This document shows positions 34,284 through 47,100 of a stretch of 64,000 nt of DNA, piece after piece. How positions within the stretch are numbered: position 1 is the stretch's first letter; every line of letters begins with the position of its first letter. Origin of the DNA: Tubulanus polymorphus (Eukaryota; Animalia; Nemertea); assembly GCF_964204645.1 (NCBI RefSeq), contig NC_134025.1, positions 5,766,001 through 5,830,000 of the forward strand, read 5' to 3'. The translations under genes were made by a program, and so were the position numbers. The notes below the pieces were generated by a model, which was given only the letters and a program-made list of their open reading frames with translations, did no database searches and was not told the origin of the DNA.

Positions 34284-36831
34284 TGATTTGTGAATCAATT
34301 ATGGTTTGAGAATTAAATTCAAATGCTTCCCAGGTTGTAATTCACACTGGGAACATTGGTATGCAAATCATTAGTATTGCAGTTATCCGGTGGACATTAG
34401 TGCTGTTTGTTTGTATTTATTGAGTTATGCACAAAAAGGAAAAAGGTCTGTTTTCTCATGTAACATAGAATGTTTTCTAAAAAGTTGCACCAATTTTAAA
34501 TTGTTACATAGAAGACACTTCATTGTGACTGGCTAATCAGAATTTAAATGCTTATCTTATCTATTTCAGTCCAAGTTAAATATAGTCTGATACAAATTGT
34601 CTAATTACCCAATTTTATGAGTTAATGATGCCCTTGAGTGGTAGCTAGTTTTACAAATTTATGTCAAGATGGCCCATTATGTGATTAAAAACCATAGTTT
34701 CTTTTTATTTAGTTGCTTTCTTAAAAGGAATGTAACTGAATTTGGTAAAATCCATAGTGATAATTACTTTTCTTTATCGAATACCATAGGCCTACTACCT
34801 TCATATAGTCAGCCTGTCTAATATGAATGTCAAATTGTGAATAGTACTGAAGTGGATGTGCCATTAAGTTGTGAAAAACCAGTTGCATTGAAACCCTCGA
34901 TCTTCCCATGATTTAATGTGGTTGGATAAAACCAGGGAGGTGGGTGCACTCCCACCTCCTTGGATAAACCAAAAATCTATACTAAATGATTATATATAAT
35001 ACATTGGCTGATAATGTTGCTGAATTCAATGTGCAATTCAATATTGTTTTGAATTCTAACTCTCAATGATCAGTTTCCTATCTTGTAGAAAACATATTTG
35101 TCAATCCCAAGAGTGCCATTTTATTTCATAATGTTATTGTACATCAAATGGTTTCATTAGGATGGAAGATGATTGATGCCCTTGAATGGTAGCTATTTCG
35201 GATGCGGGGCTGGGCGGTGTGGGGAGATTTATTGTACAGAACTGCTTGTTGTGGAATGTATGTAGACAATAGACATGTACACTAATATACTATATATTAT
35301 CGGCTCAAAGAGGCAGCAGAACTCTAATGTGAAATGACAATCTATGCAAACATAACAGGACTGCAGTACATGCATAAAATTAAAGTATCAAATTCTTCAT
35401 TGTTTTCTCCTAAACAATTGATAAATTTCCTAGACATCCCTAAATAGAGACTAATTGACCTTTTGTTTTATATAACAATTAGAATTAAAGATAAGCCATT
35501 TGGCTGATTGAATTAAGTCTTCCTCTTAATGACATGTTACCGAGGTCCTGTTATGAATGACAAACAACTATATTCAACTGAGTGTTGTGAATTTGTGGTT
35601 TTCATGTTGAAATTGTACGGTTTTTCGGATTTGGATTAAGTTGTTGAAGGGGTCAGAAATGGCTGGCAAGGACTATCCATAAAGTATGTACGGTACAGAT
35701 TAAAATGCCAATGTCTGAGAAGTATTAAACGTAATATGCATTAGCAATACATACCGGTACATAGGAAATATATGGATATTTTTTAGTTCCTGCCTCAGGA
35801 ATTCTTAACTTAATGAATACCCCAGAGGATATTTTACCGAATTGTTTGTTTTAGCAACTAACGGTTTATCAAGATGTGCTATGGAAACGATGTGCTATGG
35901 AAGTAAAGACTCCGACCGCTTGTATTGCTTATTTTTGATGAAATAAGATGGTATCTGTAAATAGAATGTTTTAACTATTTTACTAACTAACCACTAAAAT
36001 CCTCACATCATCAAGGATTATTAAACCCTTATGAAAGAGGTTTGAATCTTACCCGGTGATCTGTACAGTCAACCTTCTTCAGGATCAAGGTATTCTAATT
36101 GATATAATAACCACTGAGTGATAAATAAGATTATTTCATTAATTTTGGCTCGTTTGGTAATTTTTAATTTTTTGTCTAATCGCTAAGCTGGCTCTATGCT
36201 AAAATCGATGTTTCGCATTATGGATGGCACATATTTTCAAGGTATGTTAAGTACTAAATGGCATTGAATTAAACAGTATTTAAGTACCAAAGGTACCAGT
36301 TTTATGGACTAGAGTATTACCTTATCTCTAAAGAGTTTTACTATGTTACAATGGAATATAGCAAGAAGGTAAACTTAAATACTCGTCTATAAAACCTGAC
36401 CCCGATGGTATTAGGCATTACAAAATCTGTCATCGTGAACAATGGTATGTTTAGCTATTTATAAATCGAATTATAAATGAAATTCACATGCACTATATTG
36501 ATACATGTAGTATAATCAGCATTAAACCCATGAATGTAAAGAGATTTAAGATGACCTAATGCCTTCTGAAGATCTCTGCTGATTTTACTAATCTACTGAT
36601 ATTTTCATGAAGGAAATGTAGAAATAGATGTATTATTTTTCTAAGAAAACTCTGTCGTGAAATTTTGATTTCAAACCGATATAGCTGGGCTAATTTTTTC
36701 ATGAATGTAAAACATCTGGCTGTTGAAATTTTTACTTGGTTATTTAAGCCAGTTATCTTTGCATTGGCCAACAACTAATATTGCAGTACATGTTAAGATG
36801 GGCATTATGTATATATTACTATGTGAATTTG

Positions 36832-36837
36832 AATAAA
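36832..36837 (+). promoter_or_regulatory. Candidate polyadenylation signal of the zinc-finger gene
   Basis: AATAAA close to the point where base composition switches to the 3'UTR of the convergent gene. Confidence 0.35.
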
Positions 36838-38115
36838 AGAATTTGCCATGTAGAAATATAGTTGCTCATTTGCATTATTGTTGGAGTGGAGTGTTAGGGT
36901 AGCCTTGAAAAAATCCTCAGTACCGGTAAGCAAGATTCACATGAGAGGAGACCATTATCAAAATAACACAAAACGTAGAATTCAATATGATATCTATTTT
37001 AATTTTACTCTAAGTCTACAATGAATATAATAGGTCTACGGGTACATAACTATTTATAAAATGATGAGGTGCAAGTATTTGAATATTCCACATTAGTCCC
37101 AGACCCAAACCAAGTAATCCAGAAAGTATATCAGGATTAAACAGTAATAATAATCATAACCAATAAAGCATTAAAAACTTTAATTGATACAGTAATGGAC
37201 GGAATTCTTATCATTTGAAAATGTATGTATAAAGAGCTTGACAAAAAATATATCACCGTATTTTGATATATAATAAATCATGATTAATTTATAAAATATC
37301 TATCAAAAATCACAGACTGGACATTCTTAATCACGGACGGATGAGATGCAAAAGAATTACATCATGAGATCATAATTATTAGTATTAAACAGAAAAATAA
37401 TCTATTCAGATACTGGTAGTTATCATAAACTATTGATAATTACACAATTTGAATACTGTAGTTTGATATCATATAAAAACATTTATTTTTCAGTGATACA
37501 TTTCTGGCGATATCGAGGCACAAATAAAGCAAAATTCTGTAACATGAACACGATTAGAAAATTTATGAGAAAATACTTTACAATTTGATTGCTTCAGAAA
37601 ACCACTATGAAGGCAGAGCCTTCTTATAAGTTAATTTAATGTAATGGATAAATATTGTCCGCATTATATGAATTGAAAACCTTCAAGAAAATTGTGATTA
37701 CCGGTATGATAGTAGAAATGCAATGATAATATAGATAAACTAGTAAATTTTTGTACTATATTTTTGTAAAATACATACTATTATCTATAGTATAGATAGA
37801 TATATTGTCTCACGATCAGCCAAATATCCAAAGCATAGCAGAAAATATGAAATATTATATTTCATAGATACTGATGATATATACTGGTAATTATATTATT
37901 CAAGTTAACTAAGTTATTTCAATAAACAGAAAAAATCATCTAAACTACATGAGAAATAATAGGTAATATTATATCAAATATGTATAAATAAACACAGCAC
38001 AATATCACAGATATCCTTTAATAATCCCAATCATCATTGATATACAACAAGGGTCTTCAAGTTCTCCAGAAGAAATATATTCTAACTGGATCATAACAAT
38101 GCTACTATAGAAACC

Positions 38116-41100
38116 TTAATATTTTGTACCTGAAACATCTTTCTTTTTGCGAGCTATTTCAGTTTCAAGATGAGAAATTCTTTTAAGCAAGTCTTCTTTC
38201 TTCGAGTTGAGAGGTTCTAGCTGTTGGCGAAGCTTTTCCATTCGTTCAGTAGAAGGCTCTGGTTCTTGTTCAAGTTTGCGGATACCTTCTCGAATATTTG
38301 CATCATCAATCATTGCCTGTATGATAGATCATAAACATATTTCATCCTCCTCATGAACATTAACTGTTTGCCCATAATCACAACCCTCAATACCCACCTT
38401 AGTCATTTCAGAGTTTAGAAGATCACATTTATTCTGCATTTCTTCGAGTTGTGCTTCCATAAGATTTTTCTGACTGTGGATACTTGAAGTTGATGGTGAT
38501 ATCTTTGATCTAGTAAAGAAGGAAATCATTAAGAGTTATTATACCAGGACTACTATATTAAGAGAGTACAATACCTCGTACGGAATTAAATTTCATAAGG
38601 TTTTTGATAAAGGGCTCAGCAATAATTCTATGCGTAGATTTTTCTATTGTCTTTTTAACGGATATTCAATACTTACGTCATTTTCTGGGGCATTTTCACT
38701 CCTTTCAACTCTGCTAGACGTGATGCAACAAAGTCACTACCAGATGGCACTCCACCATGGGCTGCAAGATATTGACGAATTCGCGCATTGCAGGAAAATT
38801 TGTCATATCCTTTCATACGATCTTTCACCGCCTGTAATTCGAAAACAATAAACATTTATATCCATATGAAGTTTATGTTTATCATCGTACAGTTACTACT
38901 GAACAACTAATGGTAATTTACCCTTTCAGTAAAATCAATTTGTGTTGGTCCAGACACTTTGACATCAACTAACTCATCGATCACAGCGTTTTTATTATCA
39001 ACAGATTTCACATGACGGAATGCAATATCCAGTGCAGCTCGACCGGTCACCATACCTCCGCCAATCAGAGATTGTGCGGTTTCTGTCTTACGGGCTCGAG
39101 AGAAGAACAGATCTTGGCAGATAATCTTAAGAGCCTGAAATAGAAAATAATTAAGAAGTAACTGCAGGGCGATTATAATTCAAGAACCAAATACACTTAT
39201 ACCGACTTATTCATAACTTACCTTATAGAATTGTCTGAGGAAAAGTGGATTTGCATCATTTGTCAAATCATCAACCTTTATATGAGACAAACAATGCAAT
39301 ACAACCACAACAAAGTCACCAATTGATTCCATTCTTTCTTTCCGTATGAACAAAATTTTCTTTTCATGAGAATAGAAGAATGAATTGCGGAATGCATTAT
39401 TTGTGTAATTGTTCGGTGGAAGATTTGTCGCTAGTAAAAGAGTAACTTCAGGTGTTTTCATCATTTTCTGCAGGATGTGTGTAATGAAAACGCCAAATCG
39501 ATAGATTACAAACTGACTCGGTGAGACAGAAGTTATATCAACTGGCACGACTTTTCCAGAGCAAGTCCACTGCGCATCTTTCACATCGATGTAAGGTGTG
39601 TCATAGTCAGCGCCTAGAATTATGGAATGAAAAGTTTACATCAAACTTCAGTTATATAATGATATCCATCGGTATTTAACAATCTAAAAAACATACCTTC
39701 AATTCTATTAGTGGTAAAATCAGCAGACCCAGTTTTCTTCTCCAAAATATCTTCCAAGTCATTGATTTGTTTAAACAATGGGGATGCCATTAAAAGATTA
39801 ATGTAATCCTGTTCTGGTATTCCAGTTGTAGAGAATGGACCAATTTGCGGCTGAGGATAAGTAAAACAACAATATATGGAAAATTTGTCTTTCTTCTTAA
39901 ATTTGATTGCAAAATAATAACAATATATGTAGAAGGATTACCTGTTGCTGGGATTGTACCTTAGGCGCAGCCTTGGCTTCGATCATTGCCTCTTTTTGCA
40001 ATTGAACTTCTTTTTTAGCAGCAACTAACATTTCTTGCTTATTATGGTCTTCTTCTTCAAGTTGAGCCTCTTTCCCAATGCGTGCTTCTTCTGTTGCTTT
40101 CCGTTTGTTACGACGCGCTTTTAATTTTGCCTCAATCAATGATTTGTGTCGATCCTGGTCTTTCTTCATATTGTCTTCGAATTTCTTTTTACTTTTTTCA
40201 TGTTCCTGCATGAAGGTTGATACATGATTAAAAAGGGTAACAGAAAACAATCCAGTTTGAATATCAACTATAAAACTAGATATTTATTCTTACTTCAAGC
40301 AGACGTTTCCTCTCATCTTCAGTTGCATTAGACAATGAGAGTGCCTCCATCTCACGTTTTTGTTGCTCCTCAAATTTCTGTCTTCGGACACGTTCACGCT
40401 CTGCGAGTCGTTCTTTTTCCAGTTGTTCTTGCCGTTTTTGTTCTTCAATCAATTCAGTCTCCAGGTTTCTGTCAATACAAACAATAATTTAAGTAGTTTC
40501 ATTATACTTATGAATATCCTAAGAATATTTCTGCTGTTGCATATATTGTACATACTGATATTTCTGCTTGAGTTGTTTCATTTTTTCTTCTTCACGATTC
40601 TTAGATTCTGCTTTTTGTCTTTCTAATTCTTGTTGTAATTCTTTGAGTGTATTGTTTCGATATTCTTCAGCATCTTCATGTGCTTTTTTAGCTCGTTCTT
40701 CGTAGTCCTACATATGTATCGGATGATGAGAAATTTGAATTTACCTATTCAGAGTCACTCATATCAATAGAAAAGTGCTTTTGTTTACCTTGACAAGTTT
40801 TTCCTCAGGGCTCAATCGTTTCATTGCATCAAATATTTCTTGCAGTTGTTTTTCTTTAAGTTCAAGACGAGCATTCATATGTTTAGCTTCCATTCGTGGT
40901 ACAACATTTTTCTCTGCTTGTATAACCATTTGAACCGTCAAATTATCGAAGTCATGCAACTGGCGCTGAAATGCATAGTTATGTTGTAATAAACAGAATG
41001 CGATCATAGTTTGATTTATACGAGCTACCGTAAGATTAGGTACACACTTCATGATCTTTCTTTAGCTCTTCTTTCCTTTGAATCAGCTCATTTGGAGACA

Positions 41101-44100
41101 TGGCTGCTGCATTAGCTGTTAGATCGAGTAGTTCCTGTTCATAAGCTGATATTAGGGTTTCTCGGCCTTGTTGTCGTTGTTCTTCCATTTGAGAACGAGC
41201 CTCAGCTTTAGCAGCTTCTAGCTCACGTTCCAATTGTTCTTCAAGGTGTACTGCCTCTTTCATATGACGTTGGCGTAACACTCCATATATCATGTTCTCC
41301 GCTTGTTCTCCCGATTTTCCCTACAAGTGAGATTCAGTTGTTTGGTATTGGAAAAAAATTACGTACGGGTTTACAAATAAATACACAAAGACTTAGAGCT
41401 TAAGAGATTCTTACTTTTAAAGAACCTTTCAGAGTTGTGCCTTCAAGATCTTTAGCCATATCAGCATTTAAAGCATCCCGCTCTTGTTGCTGATTCAAGA
41501 GTGCCTTCGTCATTTCTAAATTCTGTTTTTCAGCCAATCGTTCTGCTTTCTTTCTGCGACGCTCTTCCAGCTATATACCGGGTATAGAACAAAATTCATT
41601 AAAAGTTCATCTACTTGAATATAATTCTTAGACAGCTGGTAAACCATAAGATTATCATTTTCACAAACCTTAGCTTGAATTGATTTCTTTTGTCGATCCT
41701 TTTCACCCGCCAAATTGTTTCTTATTTTTTCTAGCTCTTCTTCATGCTGAGCAATAAGTCGATCACATTCTGACTGGCTCAGATTCTTAGAATTCATTTC
41801 CATTTCACGCTCGAATTTTGCATTATGAGCATCAATAGCTAATTTAATCTGTCCAGCTACTTGTTTATCTGTGACATAAGGCATTATTCTATGTAGACAT
41901 ATCAAGATATTTCAAAAGAATTCTTAAAATGAATATTCATTAATAGGACAGCCTTGATTTTACTTCACTCTACTCTGGTTTTCAGTATCTTGTTAAAGAA
42001 TTAAAGTTAAATGCATTTTAACTTTCCATACCTATAGCATGTGTTTCTTCATATAATACATCATTAATTTCAGCATCAAGTTCATGTTGTTCTGCCCTCT
42101 GTTGTTTTTCCATATCTACCTGAGCTAGCAACTGCTCATTAACTAACTTCTGCTGTTCATCTGACAATTTATCACCATTAAGCGTTTCACTAATCTTTGT
42201 TATAACTTCTTCCATTTCTTCATCACCCTTGGCAGCCTACAGAAAATTTATTCCAACATATTTTTCCAGGAAAAAGTGAAACACTTAAAAATTATCTTCA
42301 TATACATGTATATCAATTACCAATACCTTTGCTTTGGTTATTCTATCTAGCTCTTTAGCTACTGCCTTCTCTTTCTCCATTTCTTCACGCATTCGTTTTT
42401 TTGCTGCCAATTTTGCCAGCAAGGCATCTTTCTGACTATTCATTTGATCATTATAGTGTTTAGTTATATTTCGGACTTCGTTCAAATGTTGTTCCATAAT
42501 TTTGTTTCGCTCCTCCTCAGTAGTTCCTTTTAGAGCCTTCTCCATTGTCTGATTTTCTAAACGTTCAAGCTCCTCCTTCAAAACAACACAAATAACCAAA
42601 TTCAGCCTCTTAATCAACATTTGAAATATCAGTTACCGTAAGCAAATAATTACCTTTTGCAATCGTTTCATGACATCCATCAATGCATTCTCTTCTTTCT
42701 TACGATCAGTTTCCTCTTGTAATTCAACTGTCTTTTCATATTGAGATTTCTCTGAAGCATCCAAACTTTGCACATTCTCAATCATCTTGCGACGTTTGTC
42801 TTTTCTAGCTCGAAGTTTGTTACGCCAAGACCCGTTGTATGTTTTATTCTCTGCATTCTTCTTCTCCAATGCCTTTATGGAATCATCTGTTTTAGGGCCT
42901 CCTATTACAAAAAAAAAACAAAATTAATTACATAAGTAAACAGCTTATTGAGTTGTGATTTGAAAGTAACCATTAATATGAATTAATCTTACCAAAATGT
43001 AACGCCTTTATACGGGCAAGCATTGCTTCATTATCGGTTTTATCATCTTCCTGGCATGATGCTAGCTCTAGATCAGCCAACATTTTAGCTTGCACCTGTG
43101 CTAATACAAGCAAATCATGGTTCATCTCTTCATGACTTGGAATGTGTATGTCAGGAACTGTATCTACAGGTATATTCATTGTTTGTGCCTCTTCAATGTG
43201 TTTTTTATGAAGGTCTTTCTTCTTTTGTCGGCGTCGATCGAGTAACTTCTGACGTAATGCAATGAGCTGGTTTTCTTTCTGCTTCTCGAGATTATCTGTG
43301 AGTTTTTGGAGTGCGTTCTGGTAGTCACTCATCAACTTGTCTTTTTCAGCTTCAGATTTTGCATTCTTTAATTTCTTATACAGATCTTCTTTGACATCAG
43401 ATATAGCATTATTTTTCTTTTCCTGGAAATCTTTCAGCAAATCATTTACTTCCTTTATTTCATTAGCGCGTAGATCGCTTTCTAATTTTGCAGCTTCAAA
43501 TGCCTGTTTCTCAAATAAATCCTTCTTCAATCTATCCTGTTCTTCTTGTGTTAAGTCTTTTCCTTTTTTAGAATTGATTGCATCTGTATCAACTAATGCT
43601 GTGACATTTGTTGTGGTCTGTATATCCGATGTGACGGTAGGAACTATTGCTCTTTGAACCGGTTGCATATCCTCTTTCCTTCTTATATCATGCTGTACAG
43701 CAGCAACTGTTACTTTCGGGTGTTGTGCTTGAGGCTGTTGTTCATTTCCGAAAATGTTTATATTTGTATTATTACCTTGTATCAGATTCAGTAATTCAGG
43801 GCTAAGCACGAAAGGTCCACCACTCTCTAACATTGCAATCAACTGTTTCAGAAGGGGTACAAGTTCTTCATTTGATGACGCCGATGTGAGATCTGAATCA
43901 CCATATACACCAGGTAGCATTGAATCATAATCCCCAGCAATAACAAGAGATCCAGTCATCACTGCTTTAGCTTCATTCGCAAGTATTTCAGCCCTTTCCC
44001 TTGCATACTCTAATGCACAATGAGCTTCATCTAGGTTTTCTGAGCGAGTCATAACCTGATCATGTAGTTCCATTTGAAGATGAGCCCTTGCTTGATTGTG

Positions 44101-47100
44101 TCGTTGTTTTTGGGTGTTCACTGCATCTGGATTCATGGAGCCTTCTAGCTCAAGTATTCTATCTTGGAACTTTTCTTCTTCTGTAACTAGCTTAGCAAAG
44201 AACTTCCGGACTGTTTCAGTAAATTTGCTATTCATAGAATGGTATTTTGTCTCATTTTTATGTTCTTCTTGGTCAGCATACATCAATACATTTAGAACAG
44301 AAGGTGGCAACACTGATGATATCTCTTCTTCTGCATCAGACCTGCGTTTCACTTCACGTTTTGCATTCTCTTCACAATCCTGCGTCTTGTCGAGAATCAT
44401 TTGAGTTTCATCGTCTACTTGCTTTGAATTAAGTTGCTCAACATCATGAAGTAAATTCTGTGACAATTTGAATTCATCGCCGGTGACTTCTTCCTCGCCA
44501 TTACGCTGGCGACGCCAGTAACCGCGTCTAGCAGCTATTTCTTCTTCAAGCATGGCAACAGCACCAAGAGGAGGCTTTCGTTTTTTATGCCCTCGTGAAG
44601 ACTGAGTAACAGGCACAACTGTATTAGTTTCAACATTCATACGTACACCTATAACTGGGCTTAAATCACCAGTAATTAGATCAACTGCCTTTTTACCCAA
44701 CTGTATTGGCACTAACCCTGCAAAATAGGAAATACAAACATCATTACGAGTGATCCTGAAATCAAAAACTATGTTTTCTATAAAAACATATGTATCATAT
44801 TCAAACCTTGGCCTTCTGGGTCTTCCATGGTACCACCTAATGGTACAATGCGGTCAGTCATTCTATCACGTTCGGCTCCTAATATTGGCACTTCTCGACC
44901 GGATCCAGATCTATCTAACATATTCATCCCGATCAATATTGGTAATAACTGTCCAGTTCTCACATACTCATACATTCCTAAATGCAACAAAGTGGCAAGC
45001 TTTTAAATACCAGTAGTTATTTCCTAAGGAGATATGTTCACAACAAAGTGATAACTAACCAGGACATCCACCACTAGTAGCAAGCATATTAGCTCGTTCA
45101 GCACGTCTATCAATATCATGAATAGTATGTAATAACTGAGTTTTCATGTGAACGCGAGTTTTAGCCAATTCTTTGAGAGCTGTTTCCATCATGCTCTCCT
45201 CATGACGCGTGTTTAATGATGCGCCAGATTCGACAGCCTCTGATCCTGAAATGATAACATACATACAGTTTATATTCATAACTGCTAGACCTCTCTAATA
45301 AAGATGCATATACAGAAAAGAAATCTAACCTGTGACGCCTTCCTTATACTGTCTCAAAGTATCTAACACTCTGGCTTCACACGCCAAGACACTAGCATCC
45401 AATAAAGCCTGATATCCACCAGAAGAGGGAAGTAATGAGTCATTCTCAATTATTCCAGAATGAATCGATACTGATTTACCACTGCGTACATCAACGAATG
45501 TATCTCCTGGAATGATTGGTACCGTTTTTTGTTGCTCCGTGGTTCTGTACCCACCAATCGGTATAACATCACCCGTTTTTGAATCTATGGACACACTAAG
45601 AATAGGAATCGGTTCACCAGATATCGGATCGATCATCATTGATCCGATTTCAATGGCGATAGGTAAACCACTCACAGGATCTGTGTGAGAACCACCGACT
45701 GGATAAACCGTTCCAGTTTCTGGATGAATTGTCATAGCAACAATTGGAACATGAATTCCAGTATGTGGATCTGCAACCGGATTGCCATATTTCAAATCTG
45801 CTTTTCTTTCTAACGGTTTCAGCTTGATTTGTTTTGGTTTTTCAGTGTTTGAATCAGTCGGATAAGGAATGTATGGAATCAGATACTCGTCAGTTCGACC
45901 AGCCTCACCTAATTGAAAAATTGTATATAACAGTTATCTGAACAAATGGTTAAAATGTTGGCGCAGTCAATGATCTTCAGAGATAATTTATGAACATCAC
46001 TAACCAGTAGCTGAATCTGCAGTGAACACAAGTCTCGATGATACAGCATCAAAGGAGATATTGCCAGCAATTGGTAACACATGTCCAGTTTGTGGATGCA
46101 GGAAATAGTTGCTTGGAACTGGAGTTACTGTTCCATCAGAACTGATCATTTTACTATTCTTAACAGGAATAATTAACCCAGTTTCATCCATGCGCAATAA
46201 ATTTGTGTCTTTGATACTCATGTTTGGACCTGAAATGACAAAGTGAAAAGAATATGGCAAAGATTTTCATAGTGAAGTCGCATTTGGGTGTCAAAAAGAG
46301 CTAACCTAGAAGATCCTGTTTGGTCAGAGGTTCAGCTGAATTTGGTTGGACTAACTGGCCACCAATTCCCTGTCCAAGTACGCCCCATGCGCCGAGTCTC
46401 TCACACTCATGCGTGACCTCTGCTGACATTCGTTGCAATAAAGCACCAACACGTCCAGCAGTCGCCTTGTGTAACTGTTCATCAAATCCACCATTTTTCA
46501 CCAGCTGTCCACGTTGCAGTTTAACTGCATGTTCTTTCAGAAGGCGAATAGCTTCACGCAATGGAGACTCAAATGAAACCTACATCAAACGTATTGGAGA
46601 ATTTATAAAACTTTTCACACAAACTTAATTCTATAATTCATCACAAATCGATAGAATGAACACAAACCTGGTGCTCTTCACGACACTTTTCATCTTCCTC
46701 CATCAGATCATGTTGTCGTTCTAACACCATCAAGAATTTTGAACCTAAACCTTTTCTTCTTTCGAGCTCAGCCTCTAATTCCGTTAATTTCTGCTTGTAG
46801 GCATCCAGATCACCAGGATTGGCCAACGTACTTCGACCCTTCAGGTTCATTTTGGCCGCCCAAAGACCTTTCAGAGATACAGCTTGGTTTGCCACTTTTT
46901 GATACAATCCTTTTACCTCATCTTTCTGTTTCCCGAGCGCAGAAGTGATATCACGCGACTGTTTTGACAAAGTTTCATACAGAGTGTTTGCATCGAATGC
47001 CTCTAAATCAACCTGTTGATCATAATCCCAGAATTCATCACCTTTCACTTCTTCATTTCCGACTAAAAACAAACAGCAATGTGTGATAATCTAAATTTTG

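Noticed and set aside
21297-34950. Shared 13-mer AGGTGGGTGCACT at 21297 and 34938
   Set aside because: Matches of this length are expected by chance in 64 kb.
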